A DNA stretch of 63,959 nt, filler included, from Basidioascus undulatus (lineage: Eukaryota): assembly GCA_000826855.1 (NCBI GenBank). It is 8 parts of 8 records of this genome, joined end to end, with 100 filler letters (N's around TTAATTAATTAA, not from the genome) between each part and the next. Parts side by side here need not be neighbours in the genome. Positions count along the whole stretch, not along the records: positions 21,801 to 47,913 come from JTLS01000196.1; positions 48,014 to 53,347 come from JTLS01001960.1; 6 more parts are not named here. One strand, given 5' to 3'. Every line of letters begins with the position of its first letter. Within the stretch, counting starts at the first letter, position 1. Of the stretch, positions 37,370-50,235 are shown piece after piece. Both the position numbers and the translations under genes were made by a program. Under the pieces are notes generated by a model. It had not been told where the DNA came from. It ran no database searches and worked only from the letters and a program-made list of their open reading frames with translations.

Positions 37370-37680
37370 GTCAAGCACTTAACCACTCGACCTGCGGGAC
37401 TGCGTCTTGAATAGGCGGCCCGGCCGTCCACGAACCCGCCGTTGCTCCAGACATTCATCATAAGCCTTGCGCTGGAGACACATGGGTTCATCAGTCCATA
37501 ACACATTAAATGCGACCAGGGAAGGTACGTACGAGTGTCTCAGGATGTTCCTAGTGATAACAGCGGTCTGGGCGTCGTTGACGTAGAATGTCGACTGCTG
37601 GGGCGTCCAGTCGGAACGATGGACATTGTAGTTCCTGCGAGAATGTTCACGGGTTACAATGACAGTATTCCTTTGAGTCA
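37370..37680 (-). pseudogene. GH16 glycoside hydrolase C-terminal relic
   Basis: NVHRSDWTPQQSTFYVND...LMMNVWSNG[frameshift]SWTAGPPIQDA matches the fungal GH16 YRFDW..FYVD / NxWSNG..W..GPP..DA pattern; catalytic ExDxE not found. Confidence 0.6.
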
Positions 37681-39432
37681 AATTAATGTAAATACCTGAA
37701 ATGACCTGGTTTCCAATGTGTGCTACCCTAAAAAAGCTCCTCCATTTTATAATATCGCTTCCTTGCTCATTCTTTCCAGATACTCCATGATGAAGCCGAA
37801 GAAAAGGGATGACGAATGGTGGCGGGGAAGCGGTTGAGGCATGGCGTACAGGCTCGCTTTTGGGTAATCGAAGGAGATTGGGGTCCGCATGAGGAGGGAA
37901 TATCCTGTAAGAACTTACATTGCTATATCAGAGTCATAAATTCCTACGGCAGTGCAAGGGAGCGGCACAAAGTAATGTGCAAATAGAGACAGACGGGCTG
38001 CTCGAGTGCAAGCAGTCAGGCCTCTGCCGTGGCCCAATACTTACAATCCGCCCAATCAAACTCAAGAAGCAGGCCAGATCAGGACCCGTGGGCAGGAAAC
38101 CGGCCTTTTTTGTGGGTAAAGGTATAGAAGAAGGAAGAGGGCAGCGCTCGTACCATTGCAGTAGCAGCGCAGGGGATACTACGGAACAAAGGTGAAATAA
38201 CATAAGCATGTCGACCGAACGGGGAAATCTCCCAACGAGGGCATTCATCTGTTCGCACGACGAGGACGCACTTTCAAACGATGAGCACGACGCGCGCAGC
38301 GACGAAAGCGCGCGAAATGGCGTGCCGAGCACGCTGAGGAGCCAGCGGTCGGTTAAGCCGACGGCCAGGCTGGCAGATCCGTCTCCACGAGCAGTATTCT
38401 ATTTCACCTCATACTATTGCCAGTTAACAAGTGGGGGATGCCTCAGGCATTTCAACTGAGCTTCGCGTTAACCCTAAGAGGTACTTTCGGGGTAACCTAC
38501 GCTAGAGGTGGCGGAGGCCGGAGGGTAAGGCTGGATGGGCCCCCCGGTCGGACCTCACCAATGACGACCTCAAGCTTCTCCGTGAGAAGGTGCGCCATTC
38601 CCCATTCCCGTTACGGCGGCATGCGAGCAGTCCAATGCTGATCCTGTGGAGGCCCTCAGTACTTCGTGCTCGTCTCGGACCGCAACGTCGCCACTCATAA
38701 CATTACAGCTGCCGACCTCGCCGGCTTCCGCTGCAGCTGCAAGCTCCGCCGCTCCGACGGCTCCTCAGCCGCCTCTACAAACCGTATACCGGTTCACCCC
38801 CGAGGAATGCCAGGGCATGCCGCAGCGCGTCCAGGACCAACAAATACAAAATGGTGCGGTCTTTTTACGCAGAATTTGAAGGGAGGTGACGCTGAAGATG
38901 CCCCTGCGTTTTTAGTCGGCAGCGACGATGGGGGCTTCGGCTCGAGCTCCGGCGAGGAGGACAGTGATGTAGAGGTTGGGGCCTACGTCGTGTGGGTATT
39001 CTGTCGTCTGTTGTATGAGTTGAGGAAGCCGACGTGCTTGATGCAGAGTACACCGCCATAACGTCGTTGCAGCTGCCTGGTCTCGCGAGAACTTTGTCTG
39101 GCACATGACGTGCTGCGGCTGCGTGTCGAGGGCTTGCTCGGGCAGGCTGTCGATTTTCGAGCCGCTTGTGTACAGCCCGGATCGTCGTCAAGCCGGACTG
39201 CTCCTGCTGGACCTTCGCTGACATGTTCCTCCATACCTTCACCACAGATTCCTCTGCTTCGCAGTCCCGTTGTCAACGGCCTACCCACCTGCCGGCTCGC
39301 TCATGATGCCTCTCACGGTGCCTCGGGAGCCTCCGCTGCCAACCTCGTCCTGGCCGAATCATGCTCGGCCCGGCTTATGCGCATCAGGCATTGACTATAC
39401 TTCTAATGGATAAATGCTAATCCATAGAAAGT

Positions 39433-39504
39433 GGTTGGATAGTATAATGGTTAGTACATTGGATTCTGATTCCAAGGATCTGGGTTCGATTCCCAGTCCG
39501 ACCT
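39433..39504 (+). tRNA. tRNA-Gln (CTG)
   Basis: Acceptor GGTTGGA/TCCGACC, anticodon arm TTGGA-TTCTGAT-TCCAA, T arm CTGGG-TTCGATT-CCCAG, T-run terminator. Confidence 0.96.
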
Positions 39505-39936
39505 TTTTTGTTCTTTTGAGCTGAGCAAATACAGCTGTTGAGGCAAACATACGCACACCATATTCCCACTCTCTGTTGCATCACGGTGGACTCTGTACTC
39601 TATTATCCTCCAAGGCCCATGACGGATCTGAACGTGGATGGGGATCAACAGAACATTGCGCGTCGTCTGGAATGGTGAATTTGGACGGTTCAGTAGAACA
39701 GTAAAGAACAGCTTTCAGGCCCCGCGCGTGTGTCATCCGTAGTCACTAGTTGTGTGTTCGTTGGCCACGTTCCGGTCCTTTCAGCTCTCCCTCATCCGCG
39801 ACGACGACGCCTAATCTCCTGTTCTCATCCGTCCAAGCGCTGCCCTCGCCTCGCCCTTCGAGCCTGAGTCTTCGACGCTCCCGCGCTACTCACAGAACCC
39901 CAGATCTCAGCATAACCTCTCCTGCTCTCATCGGCC

Positions 39937-40930
39937 ATGACTCCATTTCCGCTCCTTGACATTCCCCCTGAGCTTCTCATGACAATCGCCACCGAGGCGG
40001 ACCGTCCGTCTCGCCTCACGTTGTTGCTCGTTTCCGCTGTCTGAACTTCAACTCGATCACCTACCCGCTCCTGCTTGAGTGTGTACACCTGAATTTACAA
40101 AGCGCGGCTGCATGCTCGTTCAGGGAGCAGGTGGAACTCGATGCACGCTTGAGAGAGACTGTCCGGTGAGCGGCACCTCCCGGCGCCTCAGAGCAACCTC
40201 CCGCAGTATCAGCTGAACATTCCTCCCCTTGCATCAGAGCGGCCAGCATGGAACAGCTGGACGACTCAGCTCAAGCACACGCTTGTGTCTTTACAACCCT
40301 TATCGCTCTGCAGACCTTGCCTCGTTTCGAGGCGCTCACTGTATACGGTCAAGAGTTGACTCTCGAGGTAGCGAGCCAGCTTGCCTCTCACAGATCTTCG
40401 CTCTATATCAATTTTGTGTTCCTTGACTCGAAACACGGAGCGGGTCACTTCCTCACAAAGCTCACCAAGCTGGAGAAACTCGAGCTTTCTATGTGAAATC
40501 GTGGCTCAACGGGGTGCAGCTTCCAGCAGAGCTTCTACCTCTTCTAAAGAGCGCCATTCTCACCGAGCATGACCAGGCTCTCGAGCTACTTTGCACCCTC
40601 AGCAGCTTGATCGAGCTTGATATAGGCTGTTGGAGGTGCGACCCCATACCTGACTACGATTTTGGGCTAGTGCTTGCGGCTCTGCCTTGCATGGTTGCTC
40701 TTACGGCTTTTAGCGCGCCTCTCGAGACCGTGTCAACGTCGCTGCTTTTCCAGATGGCTCATTGCATGAAAAATTTGACTCATCTGGAGCTGGAAGCGAC
40801 TTCCCTGCATGACGATACCGAACTGGAAAGCGGAGAGGTGCGGCGAGGTACGGAACGAACAGTCCAGCTCCCTGGCTGGTCCACAGAGGACTCGACCCCC
40901 CCTCGCTCTCAATCTCGTTGCAAACCATGA
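39937..40930 (+). pseudogene. F-box/RNI-like LRR gene, disrupted
   Basis: MTPFPLLDIPPELLMTIATEADRPSRLTLLLVS (F-box), then a stop/frameshift near 40040; LRR-like LTKLTKLEKLELS, LSSLIELDIG, MKNLTHLELE in shifted frames. Confidence 0.65.
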
Positions 40931-41148
40931 GCATCCACCACGTCCACTTCAAAGCGAGCAGCACCCGAACCAGGTAATGCGCAATACAATTACGACCAAA
41001 CGGCGCCAACCAAGCTTACAACTGCGATGCTACACTATGAGCGGAAAGAACAACAACAAGCGTTCGTCAATTCAAAGCAGGTACACGTCCTCCGAGCATG
41101 TACACCGGCAGATAAGACGAGACGAAAAGCAGCGGCTGCTCTCCTGCC

Positions 41149-44100
41149 TCACCGCCCGACAACCTCCCCCACGCCCATGCCCGTTCCTGCGCCGGCAGCA
41201 GCACTCGCCACTCCCTCCTCGGAAGCAGGCACCTCGTCCATCCAGCTGTCGTCGCCGTCCTCCTGCGCGGCGCCGCCGCCCTCCTTCTCCCCGACGCCCG
41301 CAAGTGCCGGGTCGATCGCGGGCCCGCTCGAGCCAGTGACGTCCGCCGCGGCGTCCGCACCCGTGGCGACGCCGGGGGTGATCCCGAGGGACTGGAGGAC
41401 CGAGCGGCGCTCGGTGAGCGTGTCGAGCGCGGAGAGACCCTGGCGCGCGGTCGCGTTTTCTCCGTCGTCCGCGAGGGTGGTGAGCAGCTGGCGGGAGAGT
41501 TCGATCACTGCGCAGGGAGGGGACCGGCCGGGCTATTAGCGACGACGACATGAAAACGGATTAGAAGACTAGGAAAGGGAACGCACATTTCTCCAACTCC
41601 GCCAGCTCCGTCCCCGGAGGGTTCATGAGGATCGACGATGCGAGGATAAGCGCCGGCTCGAAAACGAGCAGCGCGACGGTGTACAGTCGCTTCTCTGTTT
41701 ACGATTCGCCCCGGCCTTTATCAGCGACGGCACTTGTCCTTACAAACATAACAGTGAGAAAACGTAGACGTACGGCTCTTCGGCATCCACGCGCACGCCT
41801 CCTCCATCACCCTGAGCGCGTCCCCACTAGCCTTCAAGCACGCTGTTCGTCTCGTGCAACCTTACATCAGCTCACCTGTCCCTCTCCCTCACATTTTCCC
41901 TGTTCGAAATGAACTCACCGTCCCTGCTCTGTCCGTATCTGTCGTCATCAAGGCCGAGGTACGGTTTGTGGAGCCTCGCCCTCAATACCTTGAGCTGCGC
42001 GCGCATCACAGCGTGGGGCAGGTCGTGCTCCTGCTCCTCCGGGCTGCGGGAGCGCGACACGCGCTCCTCCAGTGCCAGGAGCTCCTGCTCGAGGGTGAGC
42101 ACGGCCCGGTACGCGGGCGGCTTGATCGTGTAGTCGAAGATCGTCCCCGCGAGGCGTGCCAGCGCGATCTGGCGGAGGTGGTAGGCTGGGACACGGGAAT
42201 CCATACGTTCCGCTTAGCTCCAGAGCAAGAACCAGAACGAGCGAAGGAAGGAAGCGCACAGTACTCCGACTCCCCCTCGCGCTCCTCCTGTCCCTCGTCC
42301 CCAATCGCAGCGTCGTCAACGTCCCGCGGCAGCCGCACGTCTACATGCCGCTCGTCGATCCCGTACGGCTTCTCGAACTCGCCCCCGCGGAGGCGGTCGA
42401 GCGTGAAGAGCGCGTACCACGCGCGTCGGCGCGCTTCGGCCTCGGCCACGGGGGAGGAGGGCGAGACGCGCTGGGGGTCGCGGTGCAGGTGGATGGACTG
42501 CGCGAGGCGCACGACGTTCCCGATCGAGAGGAACGAGTCGGAGGGGCGGTTCTCGTTCTGTATAGGCGGGCGGATGTATGGCGAGGTTAGTGATGGGAGG
42601 TGAGAGGGAGAAGAAAAGGGTGGGAAGAAGACGGTGGCAGGAGGCAACGCTCACCTCCAGGTAGATAGCGTTGAGGAGGCCGATCTGGACGCGGAGGACA
42701 GTCGGCGTATGGTTCGCAGCCTCGTCCTCGTGCAGCGCAGTACGTGCGAATGTGAAGAACGTTGAGCGAAGCATCGAAAGCTGCGGGTCGACGAGGTGGT
42801 GCTGTCCATCCCAGCAACAATCCATCAGTCATTTGAATCCTGAGAAGAAAAGGCAGAGGAAACAAGGGGCGGGAGGGAGAGAAGACTCACGTGTGTCTCG
42901 GGAAGAACTTGCAGGCCCAGCGCAACGATGATCAAAATGAGTGCGGTGTTTTCCTTCGTCTGCTGGCCGTTCCAGTACGCGTTGTACGCTTCGTCGAACG
43001 TCGGACGCTGCTCGTCGTAACATGGTCACCTCGTCAGCGCCTGCGTTTCAAGAAACACAGCGTAATAAAGACTAACATGGAAGACACCATAGAGTCTGTT
43101 CAGGCCGTTGGGACTAAAGAACGCGTCCACAAGCGCGTCGCATGTTGACTTGGGCGGCACGTGCGGCTCGGACCCGAGAGAGGAAAAGAGGTGCTGCAGC
43201 GTCGCGGCGGGCACTGCGCCCGGTGCTGGGGCAGGCGCGGGCGCTGGGGATGTCGCGGAGGCGGAGGTGGACGGGGACGCGGCGGCGGATTGCATTTGGG
43301 CATTTTGAATCTGACTCGTATGCGTGAGTGGGAAAAGCCAAGAGACGGAGATACAGTTAAAGAGGAGAAGCGACGCACCTTGTTGAGGACATTGACCAAC
43401 CCCGCCGCCTCGAAGAGCGCCAATCCGCCCGCGCCGTCCGCACCGTCCGCGGGGCGCTGACTAAGCTGCTCGAGCGCCTGAGCAGCGTGCTCCGTGTCCT
43501 GGTCGCGGGACGCGCCGCCCTCGCTCGCGGGTCTCGGAAGGCTGCTGAGCATGCGCTGGAGCGCGTTGGGCGAGGGCGGGTTCTGCTGCAGGTGCCCGAA
43601 GAGCTGCTCGACCGCTTGCGCTTGCGAGGTGGTGAACTCTTCGGAGGTCCTGGTGTGCACACCCCAATCCTTGATTCAGTTCGGGGCGTCAGGCAACTTC
43701 CGAGGGAAGGGAGAAAGCACGGGGATGGAGGAGGAGAGGAGCAGAAAGGAAAAGAACACGCACCGCAACCGCTTCCTGTGCCCACCCGCCTGGCCCGACC
43801 CGTCCTGCGGCTCCATCACGCACTCGTGCGGGACACCGCGGCGGATGCAGCGCGAGCACGGCTGGCCGCGGTCGCACTTTTGCTTGCGGCGGTGGCAGGG
43901 GATGCAGCTGAGCGTGATCCTGTTGCGCTTGCGCTTCGGTTTGTCTGGACGGAATATGGACGCGTCAGAAACGCGACGCGTCTGGGACAGGGATGGACAC
44001 GTAGGATTGGGACGCACCATCTTCAGCGCCACTGCCGGGCGTGCTTATTCCGGTGAACATGACTCCATGCTGCCCCAGCCAAAACACACATATTCAGCAC

Positions 44101-44263
44101 TGTGTCCCAGCGACTGCATCTGCCTCCAACTGCCCACCTGCTGAGGCTGCGGCTGGGCCTGCGCCGCCTGTGGACGCTGTGGGGTGGTGAATGTAGGGAG
44201 ATTGAGCGCAAGGCTTGACGAGTCTGATGGGAGTGTCGAGCCGTTAAAGAGGTGGTGAGCCAT
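41149..44263 (-). CDS. Zn(II)2Cys6 fungal transcription factor with Fungal_trans-type middle region
   Basis: KRKRNRITLSCIPCHRRKQKCDRGQPCSRCIRRGVPHEC; VPPKSTCDALVDAFF; VVRLAQSIHLHRDP..EAEARRRAWYALFTLD; VDVRLPRDVDD; RLHKPYL. Confidence 0.93.
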
Positions 44264-45899
44264 TGCTAGTGCTTTCAGGCTGGCTGCCGGGCTGTCGCCG
44301 ATAGCAGGTGCGATATCGAAGCTCGGGTGTCGGCAGTGAGTGTGTCGGCGATGAGGGAGGCGCAGAAGAGCCACAGAAGCCTTTCGGCTCACCCGTTGGA
44401 GCCGAAGCCCAAGATTAGCAAAGCAAGTCTCGCGTTGGGGTCGCTGCGTGTTCTTTTTTCTTCCTTCACCCTAAAGAAACGATTTGATGGCCCTGATTTT
44501 GCCTGAAAGACTCTAGCGGTCAGCTTTTCTTGAAATAATACACCAGGGAATGTGAAGGCCAAGCTTACGGCTGTCTCTCTTGGATGCTGTTTGTCCGTAT
44601 GGGATATGACCGCCGACACTCGGCCACACCGTAGGACTCCTGCACGGTAGACACCTATGCTCACCCATCCTGTGCCCGTTCAATCCCAAAGTTGCAGCTG
44701 TCCCAAGCCTTTAAGATAAGCAAGCTTTGGAGAGAAAGATCTCGGCATGTCGGTCAACACAACGTCTGCCAACTACTCTTTGACATTTCGTATCTTGAGA
44801 AGCACTGGCTTAGTCTATATGGACAGCAAGCTGTGCGCCTGTATGTGCGCATGAAGCTGGGCGGAACGTTCGTGGGCTTCGCAAAGAGCAAGTGTCCGCC
44901 CGACAAGCATGTACGACTTGGACCTTTCCTTCGAGGTAGTGGAACAGGTGAATAGTATACCCATATACAGATATACATTAATTCCTGATGGCTCAACTGA
45001 GTCTGGTTTCACAGGCGCCGCACCTGCAGCATCGGCTGTTCTGCAGCATAGCAACGCAGGGATGCATAGAATAAGCCTCCAGCAAATGATTCAGACCGAT
45101 GATGTCCCATTACCGGCTTGAAGTACCCAAATGGGTACATACAGGGCTACTGCTCCTCCGTGGTACCACCGTTGCGCTCCATGCCTAACTCAGGCGCGGA
45201 GCAGTGTCCCTGCCTGTACGATTCATGTATAACATCCAGACCAAGTAGTCACCCAGAGGAAAGCTGGACAAAACGTGATTAATGCAAGGCCTTTAAAGGG
45301 TTCCCTTAGTCACCGCATAATGGCACGCGCCTGCCCTAGTCGCGTCTCGAAGGTGCGAGGCAGCGAGCGGCACTGATCTTCCCTTCACGCACCGCAACGG
45401 ACGATGATGTGCAGAGCCCCGCGTCAGCCACAATAATTTACTATACTTCTTTGGATATTTGTAAAAGGAAGGGGGGGAAATTTGCCAGGTCGAAGTCCGA
45501 AGAATGACAGACCTGAGGGACTGGCTGCACGAGTGGACGCAGCATGAGCGCGGCTAGTAGAGCTCACAATTCTCTGACGGTGCGATGTTTTGCAAAGCCT
45601 ACGGGCAAATTTCTCACGATCCGACAATAAGGAAGCAGGCCGGTACAACAGGTGTTCGAGAGAAGGGAGCGTGTCAGCCCTGGCAGTCTTTCGACAATGT
45701 TGCGTGCGTGCGGGAAGATACCTTTCCACTATAGGGTTGCACAGGTAGGAACGTGCCCAATGAAGCCCTTCTAAGCCGTCAGATTTCTCGACATCAAGAA
45801 AATCTTATCGAAGGAATTGTTATGAAAAGGTGTTGAGGCTGACTGCATGTCTGCCTGCAATCCGCGCCCTCCATCGAACGCAGCCATTTTCAACCCCAC

Positions 45900-47892
45900 A
45901 TGCGACATGCGTGAGTTCTGGTCCCTGCATACATTCAGATCCCGACCAAACATCCAAGATGTCCCTGTCCATCCCAAGCAACCCTCCATCCACTCATTCC
46001 GATCCAAGAAAACCCGCGCAACCCTCGCGCTCTCCCTCCCCGCCATCCATCCCCACTCAACACACAACCCCCAACCCCCTTCTGCCCCCGCATCTCCTCA
46101 CAAGCACCAGCTTCTCCTCCCCTCCTCCCTCCTGCTGCTCCCTCTGCTCAACCCACCGCTCCACCGCCCCCTCCCCCTCCCCCTCATCCCGCACCCAAAA
46201 CTGCACTTCACCCTTCCCCTCCCCCTCCCCGCCCTCCCCGCGGCGGACGATGCGGTACGCCCTGCACCACCCGCCGCCGCCTCCGCAGCGGAAGACGACG
46301 TGCGCGAGCGCGGGGCTGCACGCGCCCGCGAGGGAGGCGCACGCGTCTGTGAGGGCGTCGAAGAGCGAGGGCGCGAGGGAGGGGGAGGTGGTTAGGTGTG
46401 TGAGGGAGGGGAGGTAGGAGGAGGAGAGGAGGGGGAGGTGCGCGTCCTATCTTCGGTTCCTAATCAGCGAGGAGCGGGAACAAAGGGAGAGAGAAGAGGA
46501 AGAGGAGAGGAGAAAGAAAAAAAGACGCACGAACCGTCCCGCGTACTCGCCCAGCACCGCGAGTCTCCGCACGCCCGGGCACGCAGCGCAGACGCGGTGC
46601 ATCACGCACGGCGTGATCGGGTCGGCGAGCTCGAGCCAGAGCGCGCGGAGGGAGTGAAAGAGCGGGAAGAGCGGGAGGAGCGAGGCGGAGGATGTGGGGC
46701 GGGGGAGGGCGAGAGTGTGGAAGGAGGGCGGTGTGTGGGGGAGGAGGTGCGCGGCGAGGGTGGAGGGACCGAGGAAGGACTGCGTCCGGAGGGGGTCAGG
46801 TGAGGGAGCGAGGGAGCGAGGGAGCGAAGAGCTGACCTCGAGTGGCTGTAATCGAGGTTGATCGGAGAGATCACAGCTTCTCAACAGCGGCCGCTGGACA
46901 GCGAAGCATTCCCCGAGCAGCGCAAGCCGCCTGAGCGCCTTCAGGCGCGCGAGAAACGCGAGTAGCACGGCCGCGCTCACGTGCAAGCCGGAGGGGAAGA
47001 AGTTGGGGAGGCTCAGCGTACGGAGGCTAGGCCACAGCTCATGCGCGGGGGTAGGCAAGAGCACGGGGCCGAGCGAGTGGTACGTTTGCGGGTGGAGATG
47101 CACACTTGGTTTGGGCGGAAGGGGGTGAATGAGCGCCGTACGGGAGGATGAGGGTGCGGACGGACGAAAGGTGAGTCAGGGAGACGTGCTCTGTTAGAGG
47201 GGTGAGGTCGAGGATTGTTGGAGGGTTGGAGGAAGAACGGTCTGTGTTGCTTGGAGGTGTGTGAGCGGGAAGCTGAAGGGGTTGGTGGGAGATGGGCGGG
47301 GACGGACGGTGGGTACCTCGACGCTGCGTGAGCGTGATACGGATTTCGGTGAGGGTGGGATGTTTTCCGGCCTGCACAAGGAACGATCTTCGAATAAACC
47401 CAAGGAATTTGTAGCCGGATGCAAGAAAGTGGGACGCACGAATGAAATAGCAGGCTCGAGCACGTCCATGTCCCCACGCATCTCGAGCCTTTCGAGCATC
47501 CTCCAGCCCTCCGCTGCCCTCCAGACGCGTTCCGCCCCACGCGCATTCGCGTCGCTCCACTTCAGCCTGCGCACACCCTCGCAGCGGCGCAAGATGCCCT
47601 CGAGCGCCTCGTCCTCCCCGCCCACAATATGCACATCCCGCACGTGCGCCGCGTGTAGCGGGTTATCGTAGAGCGTGCGGACGAGGCGGGGCGTGAGGGT
47701 GAGCAGGGAGCGGTAGAGGATGGGGATGAGGGATGCGTGTAGGTATGGGGACGAGCATGCGAGGGCCGCGAGGGAGGGGATCGGCAGTGAGGACGCGAGG
47801 AGGACGAGCAGCTCGAAGGGCAGCGAGTGCAGCCCGGCGGGCGCGAGGGGTTCTGGCTCGGGCTCGAGGTCTTGCTCTGCGTCTGGGGCCAT
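45900..47892 (-). CDS. F-box protein with leucine-rich C-terminus (3' end uncertain)
   Basis: GLHSLPFELLVLLASSLPIPSLAALACSSPYLHASLIPILYRSL (F-box); WPSLRTLSLP, FLARLKALRRLAL, FHSLRALWLE, CPGVRRLAV. Confidence 0.7.
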
Positions 47893-48013
47893 GGGGGTGG
47901 GAGTAACGGGGGGNNNNNNNNNNNNNNNNNNNNNNNNNNNNNNNNNNNNNNNNNNNNTTAATTAATTAANNNNNNNNNNNNNNNNNNNNNNNNNNNNNNN
48001 NNNNNNNNNNNNN

Positions 48014-48990
48014 TTGATATATAAAAAGATGGGGCCGTCATGGTGCGCAGTTGATGAGCCCTGAGGGGTGTGGGAGGCGGAGGCGGGGGTTCGGGGAGGC
48101 GCGGGACGGTCGGGTGCATGGGGAGATGCGAGCCGGGGGTGGTGTCCCAGGACGAGGAGAGGAGCGAGGAGGGGGAAGGGCGGAGATAGGAGAATCTGGG
48201 GAGGGGTGAATGGATGGCAGGAGAGTGAGAAAGAGTAGGGCCATTGGGGTAAAAGGAAGGGGAAGGGGAAGACGCACGGGTATTTCCACACCGGCTCGTC
48301 GTCCTCGTCGTCCCTCTTCGGGAAGTGCGGTATAGACAACCTGCGCGGCTTGCTCTGGATATCGATAGCTCCCAGAAGCTGACCAATCCACTTTCAATCA
48401 GCAATTCTCCTGCAAAACACGGGAGTGTAGGAGAAACGACAGGCTACCTTCGGCGAAGACTTCACCGCCTTCTCCCCCTCCTCCGCCTCGTCCTCCACGT
48501 CCTCCGGATCAAACACCTCTGCCCAATTCAAGTTCTGCAGGTATGATACCCTGCTGCCCACGCTCGCGCTCATGCTCTCGGCGCGCGAGCTCGGGATGCG
48601 GCTGAGGGTTTCGATTGCGTGGCCCGACTGGACGAAGCGGTCTGTGAACGCGTTGCCGATGGATCAGACGATTTGGGCTGGCAAAGGACAGGAATGTGTG
48701 TCCTACACATGGCTTCGGAGATCTCGAAGCGGTAGGGGTAGTGATCTGCGGAGCGCGGGCGCGAGGGCGGGGTCGGGTATGGCTGCAGCGAGTGGAGCGA
48801 GTGCGGGAAGGACGAGGGCGAGAGGGTGCTTGTGTATGAGATGCCTGTGTATAGAGTGCAGAGAACCGATATCAGCATGGCGTATCATGAAAGCAAGGCT
48901 GGAGGAGTAGCGTACGGCGAGCACGAAAACTCGAAGGCAACCCGTCGTCCCCGTCGCAGCCTGCGCCGTCGCCATTGGCAACGTCAGGTT
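48014..48990 (-). CDS. Multi-exon low-complexity hypothetical protein, partial
   Basis: Phase-consistent GT-AG splicing gives ...ISYTSTLSPSS..YPYRFEISEAM|YRFVQSGH..LNWAEVFDPEDVEDE..SSPK|LLGAIDIQ..EPVWKYP|FSYLRPSP; start not located. Confidence 0.4.
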
Positions 48991-50235
48991 CTGCCCGACG
49001 ACAAACTCAGAACGACGTTTCTTTAGACACTGTAACAGATCCTCTCACTGTTCTCCTTCTTGTACACGGGGTGTATGGGGGAGAAACCTTCGAGACGCAT
49101 CGCTTACACTGCGGTTCCACTCGAGAAAGATGGCGGTTGGAGTCAAGGGACGAGGGACGAAGGGGAACTTGAAACGCACACGCCTGGTATGGAAAAAGCC
49201 TACAAACAAACGGGGATAAAGATAAGCTTCATTTGCGCATGCGCGTTATGCGACAGCCACGGCGAATTGCGGCAATACGCGAGACGAGACGGCACGGGGA
49301 GGCGGAGAGGCGAAGACGGGCCGCCAGTCTGCCTGGTCATGTACGCTTGGAATAGCGGAGGTAGAAATTGGGTTCTGGGAAAATCAGGGCAGTGTAGAGT
49401 AGAGTGTGTACACCTGTTGGGAAGTTTCTGGAATGTGCAAGCTGGCCGACTGGCACGACTCGCAACGCCAGTGCCAGTGCGTTGCTTCGAATTGTGCAGT
49501 GCTCACCAGGGCTTTGTGGCCTGTCGGACAATGTCTCTACAGCACGAGATATTAACCTCTCAGCTCATGTGTGAGGTTTGGATCAGGGGAAGTGTTCTAA
49601 ATCACTGCATCGCGTCCACGTTGGCCCGTTGTCAACATTCAACCCCGAACAAGTGGAGCGACCGCTAGCACAACATTGCTCGTTGACACTACATTTGCGG
49701 TATGTCTCTAATAGTTCAATATTAAAATAGATTGAAAGAAGTGGGGCTTAAAAGAATGTGCACACACTCTGAAGTGATAATTTCAACGAAGGCGCTCGAC
49801 CCGCCGACTGTCCAGAATAGGTATACATCCCAATGCATGCCTTGAACATAGGCCAATATAACAGGGCAAGTTTATTATAGGGACAATTTCTTTCAGCTCG
49901 AGAGGGCGGGGTGTACATGTGGAGTAGGGAGCAGTCTAGCCTTCAGAGGCGCTGCCAGCGTCGGCATGGAGTCCCAAACAGGCTCCCGGCCTCGAGGTTA
50001 CTCTGAATAGTATGCAGAAACAATAGAATAAGCCTACAAAACTATGGCTCTGAGCAGGTATGTTGTATTTTGGCAATGCAGGTCATTTGAGGCAGTGTCA
50101 ACTGCATCTTGCCGCATCTCCACACAGTCGCCTTGCTTGGACCGCTCGTTGCCATCGCTCTCTCGGTTGCGTTTCTTGTGCTTTTCCCTTCACAACATAT
50201 TGCCTGCTCTTCTTTTTACCTTCATGTCAGCGACC

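Noticed and set aside
38400..39400. Possible transposon or gene relic before tRNA-Gln
   Set aside because: Short GC-rich frames without any identifiable motif.
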